Both the position numbers and the translations under genes were made by a program. From Azolla caroliniana (lineage: Eukaryota; Plantae; Polypodiophyta): 64,000 nucleotides of DNA. Positions 39,172 through 49,360 of this stretch are shown piece by piece. The notes beneath the pieces are model-generated. The model was not told where the DNA came from and did not search any database. It saw nothing but the letters and a program-made list of their open reading frames with translations. Location of the stretch: the NCBI GenBank assembly GCA_043228905.1, contig JBHGNT010000015.1:4960001-5024000 (forward strand). The letters run 5' to 3'. The stretch's first letter is position 1. Each line of letters starts with the position of its first letter.

Positions 39172-39576
39172 TCATTCTTCTCTTGTTGTGATTTCATTAC
39201 AGTCTATCTTTTCTCTTGGTTCTGACAGTAAACATCTGCCTATTTCTTCGTCTTCACGTGTAATATGGTCGGACAGATAGGAAGGGGTATATGCACGCAC
39301 GATTTCCTCAACACTAGGACGATTTTGTGGTTCCTCACAAGTAGCATAGAGAGGAGTCACATCGAAAGATGGGTCGAAGAACTTATGACATATGTATGCG
39401 AACACGATAGTTGCGACCAAAGGCGGCAACAATAGTGGTACATACACGAACTCCATAACTCTGAAATAGCCAAGCATTGTGAGTTGGGATAAGAGGAGAG
39501 AAGCTACTATCCAGGAATGGATGTGAGGCCACATCCTACCTCCGCTCTCGTACTTCGGCACGATCACGTTGAGCGC
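39172..39576 (-). CDS. ERD4: ERD4 exon 7 (last 18 codons LTR-derived)
   Basis: TGTAG|ALNVIVPKYESG...TTREE*. Confidence 0.88.
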   Translation of the reverse strand, partial: ALNVIVPKYESGGRMWPHIHSWIVASLLLSQLTMLGYFRVMEFVYVPLLLPPLVATIVFAYICHKFFDPSFDVTPLYATCEEPQNRPSVEEIVRAYTPSYLSDHITREDEEIGRCLLSEPREKIDCNEITTREE

Positions 39577-42500
39577 CTACAAAATCACAAAGGAGGACTA
39601 ATATTAACATGTTACTCATATATTAATAAATCGTATGATAGCTTTGCTCCAAAAGAAGTATGGCAATCTTTGGCAATGTAAGGACCCATATGGGGAGGGA
39701 GCGGGGAGGTCAATCATTGAACAATTAAGGAATAAAGCTTCCTATGCCCAATCATTCTTTGAAATAACTCATATATGGGAAGCTTAACTCTGCGTACTGA
39801 ATCGTCTCGACACTCATATTATCTCTATATGTCGGTACTGAATTCGCCTCATAATGTATCATAATGTATACCATCCTTTTAACAAAGATTAATCTACATA
39901 TTATATATTATACTTGTATAATACATCTCTGGTTAGTATGTCGATTAATCTACACACAAAACACGCTGCACGTGTTAATATGTACACATGCATTAATCAC
40001 GTATAATACATGTGGTATACGAACCAAATTTGCAGATGTATGCATTTAGCACATATAACATACATCTGTGTGACATTAATTTTATGAAATTACTTGTGTC
40101 GACCGAGTGCGCAATGGCCTTACCAGATTCCGCATGAATAGCCAGCCTAATCCAAAGTAGACAATGGCAAACACCAAAATCAGCGGTGCTATGACTGCAT
40201 ATGAAAAAGTGATTGTCAAGATGAGCATATCCCCTGGGACACGAATTGCATATTTGAAGCACTTAGGAGCCCATGCTTCTTGGATGTCTTCCTCAGTCTT
40301 CCATTGGAACCTCTTTCTGATACGAAATTTGATGAGTGAGACTATCCTTGAGAATGCCAAGCCATAACCCACAAAGAGCCTGCATTAGTAAGCACCAGGA
40401 CTGAAGATTAGAATCGTTAGAATCAAGCTGACAACATATATATGCCTAATACACATATTGTTTTGATTCTAGAAGTCCTCAAAACTGAGGGTATAAATGT
40501 GCTGATCGACATCTTTATATAAATGACAAGCAGAATTAAGAGATTTCTGGATGCGGATTGCACAGACAAATGCATAGATATAGGGCTCGTGTTGTAGCAA
40601 ATGGCACGTTATATTACTTGATGGCCACAAATGAGATGAAGAAGCTGGCTTGTCTGGGCACAAATTCGCTTAGCTGTGAAATTATGAATTGCGGAGATGT
40701 TATGAATTCCTGACTATTGATGATGCCGAGAAGGTAAGCTAACAATCTGATGGCAATGGTGACACCCAAAAAGACGTTCAAAACATTGAAGTAGAAGAAT
40801 TTCCCGGCAGCTGCCCTGTCCCGAAGGTCTTTTGAAGGAATCCCCTCGAAGCTTGAGAGCTTCAGGAGCAGAGATGAAAGCAAGAAAATGGAGATAAGGG
40901 AAACCAGCTGAGAAAGATAATGCGGCAGTGCTGTGTTGACTAATGGCATATCCTCCGGAAGCTTGAGCAAAATGAAGGCGGCCGAGATGATGGCGTACGA
41001 GGTCAAGTAGGCGGGGATCGTGTAGAAGAGGATCATGACCGTAACCACGAAATAGACTAAAGTTTGCCGGACAAGCCTTTGTACAAAGGGTATAGCGAGG
41101 TTTCCCCATATGACCGCTTTCGGATCGGGAGCAGCACAGGTAGTCCATTGATTGGCATAGAGGCTATGCATAGTCTGCGAATTTGTCAATGGTTTGATGT
41201 GATTACAATGGAAGCCTGATCATTTAGTTTACAGACGAGCATTTAATATGATCATCATCTTCATAATGATGATGATGATGATGATTACGGCAGAGAGAAA
41301 TTATCTCTGTTGTCAGATTTGGACGACATTAACATACAACCTAGGGGTTGATTAAAGATTAATATACCGAATTAGACCACTCATTGAGAATCTTGGAGGA
41401 TTTGATTACCAGAGATGCACTGTTGGCAGCTGCTCTGGTACTAAAGATGACAATAGCCGCGCCGTTCTGCGACACAGAAAACGTGACAGAATTTCGTTCA
41501 GTCTCTAGAGCTCTTTCTTTCTCATCTTTCCGTCGCTTGTAGAAATCGATGGATTTTTCTCGACGACCAAAGAGACCGAGGAACCCAGTCCTATGCGTAG
41601 GCTCGATCTCCGTCTTCGAGTATTCCAGCTCTGCGCGAGCCAGTTTCCTCCTAAATTCCTCCCTCTCTCGCCACAGCTTAGCTGCCTGAAAAATGTCAGT
41701 ATACACAAAGAATTCACGCAATTAGCTACATCTACACGCAGAAAGATTTGGACATATTTGCAGAGATTATGAGATCTTTGGGTACATACATTGGATATCT
41801 TTGTGACGATGACACATGCTCTGTAGGTTTCAGGGTGCAGAGCTTTGAAGTACTTGTCCACCTGGTCATAGATGGTGCCACTGCCAGGCACAGGAGCAGG
41901 GATGTCCCTCACCAGAACTGCGTATTGCTCTGGTTTTACCTTCTCAGGATTCGATTGATCCACGCTTCTCAGATGCACCACATGCTTGTAGGTCTTCCAT
42001 AGCCGATGCATCGTGACTATGGTGAGCCAGTAAGCTCCAATTACATAGGCCCACAGACGTTTGCTCCCATCCTGCAGAATCAGTGAAGAAGAAGAGAAAA
42101 ACCATCAGCTTCAGTCCATTGATTCGATTCCATTCTACAGATGTGATTAGATTAACATAATTGCATTACCGTGACATTCCCCATCGTGAGCTTGTCGACA
42201 TCACTGGATCCATCCGTGTAATCCATGGCTCTCTGAAGCTCGAAATTCTTGTCTGTTATGGAAACAGGAAGCAGTATGGGCACGCAGAAGATTGCTGTGT
42301 ACAGGCAAATGGAGAAGGCTGCAAGGAATTCAAAGCGGAGGAAAGTAATTGAATCAGACCCAGAGGAAAGTAATTGAATCAGAAACAGAAGAAAGTAATT
42401 GAATCAGACCCAGAGGAAAGTAATTGAATCAGAAACAGAAGAAAGTAATTGAGTCAGAACCAGAGGAAAGTAATTGAATGAGAACCAGATGAAAGTAATT

Positions 42501-43165
42501 GAATCAGAACCAGATGAAAGTAAATGAATCAGAACCAGTGGAAAGTAAGTGAATACGAACCAGATGAAAGTAATTGAATCAGAACCTGAATAAGAATCAA
42601 ACTAATTGAGCAAAAGTGAAGTTAGAGTCTAGTAGATTACGATGAGTCCACTAGTTAGAGCTCATATTTGAAGTCCATTTAGGTTGCGACCAAAAAAACA
42701 CAGGAAATTCATCAAACAAGTGCAGGCAGGTCGGTCTTTTTGGCATCGGATTAGCAGGCCAAATCACAGAAACCTATTCACTGCAGTCCCAAACTAATAA
42801 TTCTAAACAGAGGGAGAAATTTGTCCCAGAGATTAATTAAAAGAACCAAAATCAGCTAAAACGAGTGGAACGCAGGAAATTCTGCTTATAGATTAGTTAC
42901 CAGATCCAAGAAACGTCATGTAGATGGCAGCATCCAGGCCTGCATTCTTGATAATCTCCTCCTCAGTAGCAAACCAAGCTTCGCTCAGCCAGCCGAAAAG
43001 CCCAGGCTTGTAATAGGGGGGGACATTCTTGATTTTCTTGGCAGGGTAATAGATTACTTCGTTTTCAGGGATCCGAGAGAAGATGGAATGGACAATTACA
43101 AGAACCACGAAGATTAGGAAAGACGTGGCCAGCGAAGTGACAAAGACTGAGGTTTCCATGTCCAT
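39172..43165 (-). CDS. ERD4: CSC1-like/OSCA3 (ERD4-type) mechanosensitive calcium-permeable channel, 7 exons, 729 aa: join(43165-42901, 42318-42170, 42071-41790, 41685-41410, 41174-40618, 40379-40124, 39576-39172)
   Basis: All six introns are GT-AG with matching phases, giving a 2190-nt open frame. ERD4 motifs GLDAAIY, QYAVLVRDIP, HRTGFLGLFG, APDPKAVIWGNL, RVPGDMLILTI, YESGGRMWPHIH. Confidence 0.93.
40124..40379 (-). CDS. ERD4: ERD4 exon 6
   Basis: TGCAG|LFVGYG...FMRNL|GTAAGG. Confidence 0.9.
40618..41174 (-). CDS. ERD4: ERD4 exon 5
   Basis: CGCAG|TMHSLY...SFVAIK|GTAATA. Confidence 0.9.
41410..41685 (-). CDS. ERD4: ERD4 exon 4
   Basis: TTCAG|AAKLW...ANSASL|GTAATC. Confidence 0.9.
41790..42071 (-). 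CDS. ERD4: ERD4 exon 3
   Basis: DGSKRLWAY...VTKISN|GTATGT. Confidence 0.9.
42170..42318 (-). CDS. ERD4: ERD4 exon 2
   Basis: TGCAG|CC...FCVPILLPVSITD...DKLTMGNVT|GTAATG. Not in the ORF track. Confidence 0.88.
42341..42590. repeat. 25-bp minisatellite, 10 copies, in ERD4 intron 1
   Basis: GAAAGTAATTGAATCAGAACCAGA(G/T) at exact 25-bp spacing. Confidence 0.92.
42901..43165 (-). CDS. ERD4: ERD4 exon 1
   Basis: MDMETSVFVTSL...TFLGS; donor G|GTAAC. Confidence 0.9.
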
Positions 43166-43489
43166 TAAGGATCAAGCTTTATCTCTTGGAAAGGAATTTA
43201 AGAGAAGGTTCAGGCCTGAGATGTAACGGCCATGGAGGGAAGGCCGATTCAGAGGAAGTAAAGGTTATTATTGAATTAAGTCTGCCTAAGATTGGCGATG
43301 GCGGAAAACAGGTAGTTGAGGGCAGGTAAATGCAGCAGGAACAACTCAACATCAGAAATCAGGCAGGAAATTAAGATTATGGAGAAATCAGAGATTGTTT
43401 GTTGGGAGACTATATGGACTTAAGATTATGGACTGAGCTTGTTTGTTGGGATATTGGGAAAAGTAGAGATTGTTTGTTTGTTGGGCTGG

Positions 43490-46400
43490 TGTTGGGTCTA
43501 TCCTGAAGTGGAGCCCACGATACAGAAAAAGAGCATATATGAGGAAGAATTCTTCCTTTCATTCTAAGTCAAAACACATAGATCTTAGGTACCATTGGAT
43601 TAGAGATCTCCTTGAAGAAAAGCGGACGCGCATTGAAAAGATTCGTACAAATGAGAATGGCACCTACATGATGACAAGAGATGTCCTTAAAGAAAAGCAA
43701 ACCCACATTGAAAAGATTCATACAAATGACAATGGCTCCGACATGATGACAAAATGTTTGTCAAGGGAGAAGCTTCAAGTTTTCAAACAAAAGGAAAAGA
43801 AAACAGAAATAAAGTTGAAAAATAGACATCTGAGAGAGAGGGGTGTGAGCTAAAATTCTTCCTTTCATTCTAAGACCGTAGGTGACCAGACATCACAGGA
43901 AGTGGAAGGGATGAGAAGGTTTATAAGACAAAGACGACCTTCAACCAGATATAGTCCACACAAGTATGTATTGCTTATAGATGGAGGAGAGCCACAAAGC
44001 TTTCGAGAAGCTATGGCAGATGATCATAAAGAGAGATGTCTTGAGGCCATGAATGATGAGATGAGGTCTTTGCAAGAAAATCATACCTATGATCTAGTAA
44101 AGTTGCCTGAGCTAAAGAGAGCGTTGAAAAACAAATGGGTTTTCAGGCTCAAAGCCGAGGAACATTGCTCACAACCAAGATACAAGGCAAGATTGGTTGC
44201 GAAGGGGTTCGACCTGACAAAGGGTGTTAATTTCGAGAATATTTTCTCACCAGTAGTAAAGATGTCCTCTATTAGAGTTGTGCTCGAGATTGCAGCCAAT
44301 CTCAATCTAGAAATCAAACAACACGATGTAAAGACTGCCTTCCTTCACGATGACTTGGAAGAGGAAATTTACATGGAACAACCTGAGGGATTTGGAGTCA
44401 AAGGAAAGGAAAACATGGTATGCAGGTTAAAGAAGAGCTTGTACGATCTAAAACAAGCTCCCAAACTTTAGTATAAGTTTTTTGACTCCATGCTAAGCCA
44501 TGGGTATAACAGGACAAACACAGATCACTGTGTGTTTTGTCAACTAAAAGTGGTCCAACATGTTTTGGGTACATACACTTATGGTTAGTGAGTTGGATGT
44601 ATTGGTGAAGTGGAATCCTCCACGTTGACCCGCAACTAGTTGGCTTGATGTAGCCACTTGTGAACTAGGACTACTACATTGAATCAAGGCTCAACGCTAA
44701 GTGAATGAAATCTTTTCTTGTTAATCGGCAGGAGATAATAATGGTTTACATTTGTCAATGCCAAGTGTTGTACGATTGTGGTCCATGAGGCCAAGGCCTG
44801 CGTGAACGACAAATTTCTATAGCCCAACCCCTTTTATATGTCTTGGTCGAGAGCCCATTTCTATTGCCATAGATTGATTTGTGGCATGAGTAGGGAGCTA
44901 TGGAGCTAGAGAAAGTTGTGATGGTTCTTTGTTGATGAGCTTGCGTGGTTGTATTGTTGTCTTTCCCTATGTCATATATATGTGTATATATTGTATAACG
45001 AGTTCAATTTACACATTTCCATCAAAAACATCCATCTATATACATATATAAATGTACATGAATGTAAAGACCGTTGGAAAGTTGTAAGCTTCCTAAGACA
45101 TTCTTGCTCATGTCCTACTTGATTTGAACTTTTTCCAATTTATTCTCTTACAACTTTCCCATGCATGCAATATAAGAAAGTTGGCTGATTTTGTAAAGCA
45201 TTGTTTTCACAAACAAAACTAAATTCCCACATCCTACCTTGGTATTGTTTATCATTTCTCTTATGGCATGCAAGAGTGGGGAATTACCTATAACTATAGC
45301 TTAGTACTGCTCAAACAAAATATTATTGAACTGCATATTATTATGTGGACAAACTGTGTCTCACCTATCACATCAGTACTAACTCTAATACATGAAAAAG
45401 TAAATGTTTTCCCATAACACACTTGTCCGTCACCTATACTTTGGGTCCCATATCAGAAGTGGGTTCACATACATAGAGAATACAATATGCATTTATATCT
45501 ATCTATATATATAGAGTTCCAAGGGGAAAATTGAGTAATTGAATTATTGTCTGAGTGATGTGATCCATATAAATATTGCAGAAATTATGTCATTGTCCTA
45601 CTTGACTCGAATGACTCTCTCATATTCTCTAATGATTCGCCTATTACTAAAGAAGAAACTCTATTAATGAGTAAAGAATAAGTTTCAACAACATGACTTG
45701 TTGACGCCTACATCCAAAAACTTTATATTCACTCTTCTAAATAACCATCATAATCACTTGGCATATGATTAATTGAGGCTATGTCATGAGTAGTCAATAA
45801 ATGGTTTGTGAGAAAAAAAAGATTATGACAAAGACAAAGGAAAAGAAACCGCATAAATTGATTAATCATTGACACAAAAGATAACAAGGAGGGAGTTCAT
45901 AAATATCAAAACCATAACTTGCAGAAACATCCAAGGACATTTAATTTTCAAAGATTGATAGTCAACTTAATAAAAAAATCAAGGATAGTGAACACTAAGT
46001 AGTAAAGCAATATTGCTTGATACGTTTAAAATAACTTAATGATTCAAAATGCATTTCACTTTAATTACATGCCTAAACAACAATTTCTACCTCCCTCCCT
46101 AAACCTCATACTATACCATTTTTTTTCTTCATAAGTGTATTTGTATTAAGACATCAAAACTACATAAGTATTGGAATTCGGTTTTTCACCTCCCTTTTCT
46201 GGATGCCAACACTATATATTGTTAAATATCTGACATCCAAGACACTAGTTATGGAGACAACGCCACCAACAAGGGACACCGAGCGCAACAACACAATAGA
46301 AAAGGGGGATAGAGTACCCCAATAAGAAGCATTGTAGCCAATGGGGAACTAGTGTGAAAAGACCCTCTCTCCTTTGTAAAAAGTTATGGAAGCCACTCTT

Positions 46401-48726
46401 TGGTGACTTTTGTAGCTCTTCTCCATCTTTGTGTTTCTCCTTTTCATTAGTGTATTAAGATCTTTCACTCTATCCCCTTAATCTTCTGTTAGAGCTTAGA
46501 CTAATTAGGGTTAAGAGCTAAGTGAGCCAAACACTAATCCCTCTACTCTTGTATGGTGCTAAATCTCTTTGTTAATAAGTAGTAGTATATGTTTATCTTT
46601 GCCTTGAACTTGACTATGCATATATATCTAATATAAGAGGGAGTAAAGCGAGTGTGTGTGTCTAAGCGCTATTCATTAAGCTTAGTTAAACGAGTAGCTA
46701 AAGAGGGATTTGGAGTCAAAGGAAAGGAAAACCTAGTATGCAGGTTAAAGAAGAGCTTGTACGACCTATAACAAGCTCCTAGGCTCTACTATAAAAAGTT
46801 TGACTCCTTCATGCTGAGCCATGGGTATAACAGGACAAACACAGATCAGTATGTGTTTTTTAAGAAGTTCTCAGACAATGACTCTGTTATTCTACTCCTA
46901 TATGTAGATAGATATGTTGATTGTTGGTCGAGACACCAACAAGATTGAAAAGTGGAAAAGAGAGTTGCGTCAATCTTCTGCTATGAAAGACTTGGGGCTA
47001 GCCAAGCAAATCCTTGGGATGAAGATAACCAGGGATAGAGTGAGCAAAAGGTTGTGGCTATCTCAAGAACAATATATTGAGAAAGTTCTTGAGAGATTTA
47101 ACATGGCCAATTGTAAGCCGGTTAACACTCGACTCGTAGGCCACTTTAAACTCAGTTTCGCTCAATGCCCCACGAGTGAGGAGGAGCAAGAGAGAATGAA
47201 ACAAGTACCATATGCATCTGCAATCGGCAGTTTAATGTATGCTATGGTATGCACGAGGCCGGGCATTGCTAATGGAGTGGGTGTAGTGAGAAGTTTTCTC
47301 TCGAACCCTAGCAAAGATCACTAGGAAGTCGTGAAATGGATTCTAAGATATCTGATAGGTACCACAAGAGTCTGTCTAAAATTTGGTGAAAACCAAATTG
47401 TATTAGATGGGTATACAATGCAGATATGGCTGGTGTTTGGACTCCAGAAAATCAACATCAGGGTACCTAATGATCTTTGCAAGGGGAGTGCTCTCTTGGC
47501 AGTCGAGAGTACAAAAATGTGTGGCATTATCCACAACGGAGGCTGAATATATTGTTGCCACAAAAGCTAGTAAGGAATTGCTATCGCTAAAGAAATTCCT
47601 ACAAGAGTAGCGGTTGACTCAAGAAAGATACATCTTGTATTGTGACATCCAAAGTGCTATACATTTAAGCAAAAATTCTTTCTTTCATTCTAAGTCAAAA
47701 CACATAGATGTTAGGTACCGTTGGATTAGGATGTGCTTGAAGAAAAGCAGATGCACATTGAAAAGATTCATACAAATGAGAATGGCTCCGACATGATGAC
47801 AAAATGTTTGTCAAGGGAGAGGCTTGATTCAGTTTTCAAATAGAAGGCAAACCTAGTTGCCCCCCCCCACTTGAGATGGAGGGGGAGAATTGTTGGGTCC
47901 ATCCACTCAAGTGGACCCCATGACATGGAGTTAGCTCACAGCTCGCCGCTGAAGCAACCCATTCAGCCTCGGCTAAAAAGTGAAATCATTATAATTATTT
48001 CTTAGATATATATATATATATATATACGTTATGTGTGTTTTTTATACGTATGTTTTTTTGGATGTGTATCTTTTTTTGTGTGAGTGTGTACAGGGACAAA
48101 AGAGAGACGTTACTCTACAAGGCTCATAAAAAGGGTGCAAAACAACGAGAAAAAAAGCGTGCTAAGTGAAAGAGAGGGAGAACAGAGTACGATATAGAAA
48201 AACAACATATGAAAAATAGAAATAAAGTTGAAAAATAGACATATGAGAGAGAGAGGTGTGAGGAAGAACGATGTAAAGATTATGCAGAAAGAGAGCTCAA
48301 GAAAAGGGAAATCGAGAGCAAGAACCCGTTGTGGAAGTGAAGACAGAGATTTCACGAGGTGATGTCCAGACTACCCAAAGAGTCGACAACAACTCTTTTG
48401 TCTACCTGTAACAAGTTTATTTGTTCTGTGTGTTTTTGGTTTCTTCTTGTTCATCTTGCCTGTTAGGGTGAATATTGTAACCAAGCTTGTAGCCTTGAAA
48501 TATGTGCGTATTCCTCTAAAGTGTTAGCTCTAGAGGCTGTCAACACCTTGTATACTCATAAAATAGTGTATTTGTTTTGGAACCTAAGGTTCCTTGGTTT
48601 TACCCATTGTTTGGCTTTTCCACGTTAAATTTCGGTGTACTCTCTCTTTTGTCTTGTGGTTTCGTCAATTTGGAATCTTGTGTGGGTAGTGCAAATCATC
48701 CCGATTCAAATCCATATTCCCCATCA
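43490..48726 (+). mobile_element. Rearranged Tnt1/Tork-like Ty1/copia element, 325 bp upstream of the ERD4 ATG
   Basis: TSD GCTGG (43485-43489, 48727-48731); 3' LTR 47891-48726 after PPT GGAGGGGGAG; collapsed 5' LTR; RT/RH ORFs 43902-44471 and 46914-47800. Confidence 0.85.
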
Positions 48727-48929
48727 GCTGGTATGGCGATGGCTACGACGATGGCTATGGCAATGGAGGCAGGTAGGCAGGTAGGCAGGGGGGGGGTGGG
48801 GGGTCGTAAAATGTTGGATGAAGAAGGAAGGAGAGGAGAGGCTAATGAGGTTTTGAGCTATAGAGTGGACATGGACATGCCTACAAAGATGATGAGAGAG
48901 GAGAAAGCAAAGAAGAAGTTTCATCTATA

Positions 48930-49360
48930 TCTCGTGATGAGAGTGATGAAAGATGCAACATTCATAGCTAAAGTTCTTGAACATCATGATCACTGCTCAC
49001 GTGAAATGTAATATTTTTGGTCTCATAGATCATATTTAACCCCCAAAGATGGTAATAGAATCCATCTATCTATCTATCTCTCGTGATGAGAGTGGTCAAA
49101 TATGTACACTTTGTCCTAAACAAGTTTGAGAGTGTGAATATTACACTTTTATACAATGCTTTGTCTAATAATGATCTTATTTGACCATGCTTTACACAGA
49201 TCTTCGACCAAGCCCAATCCTTGCATGAATTTCATTCACACCCACAATGTGCACTCTCGATTCTAACATTCATTGGTAAAGTTCTTAAACATTGAGAGTC
49301 GCTACTCACTTTCACATGTATTACTTGAAATGTAATATATTTCATCTCATAGTTCATATC
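48930..49360 (+). mobile_element. Two tandem 3'-end fragments of a LINE
   Basis: Match the reverse complement of 57700-58020; (TCTA)n tail at about 49065-49080. Confidence 0.7.

Larger units (their letters stand above)
33362..39227 (+). mobile_element. Chromodomain Ty3/gypsy element (Tcn1/Tf1-sushi-like), degenerate
   Basis: Truncated 5' LTR 33362-33578, 3' LTR 38760-39227 (TGTCA...TGACA), TSD GTAAA. Gag CLYCGGLGH, RT YLDD, INT, chromodomain EYEVVVILDSK..YYLVDWVGY. Confidence 0.93.

Noticed and set aside
48577-49011. 144-aa ORF as a host gene
   Set aside because: It spans an LTR end, low-complexity flank and a LINE fragment, with no recognisable domain.
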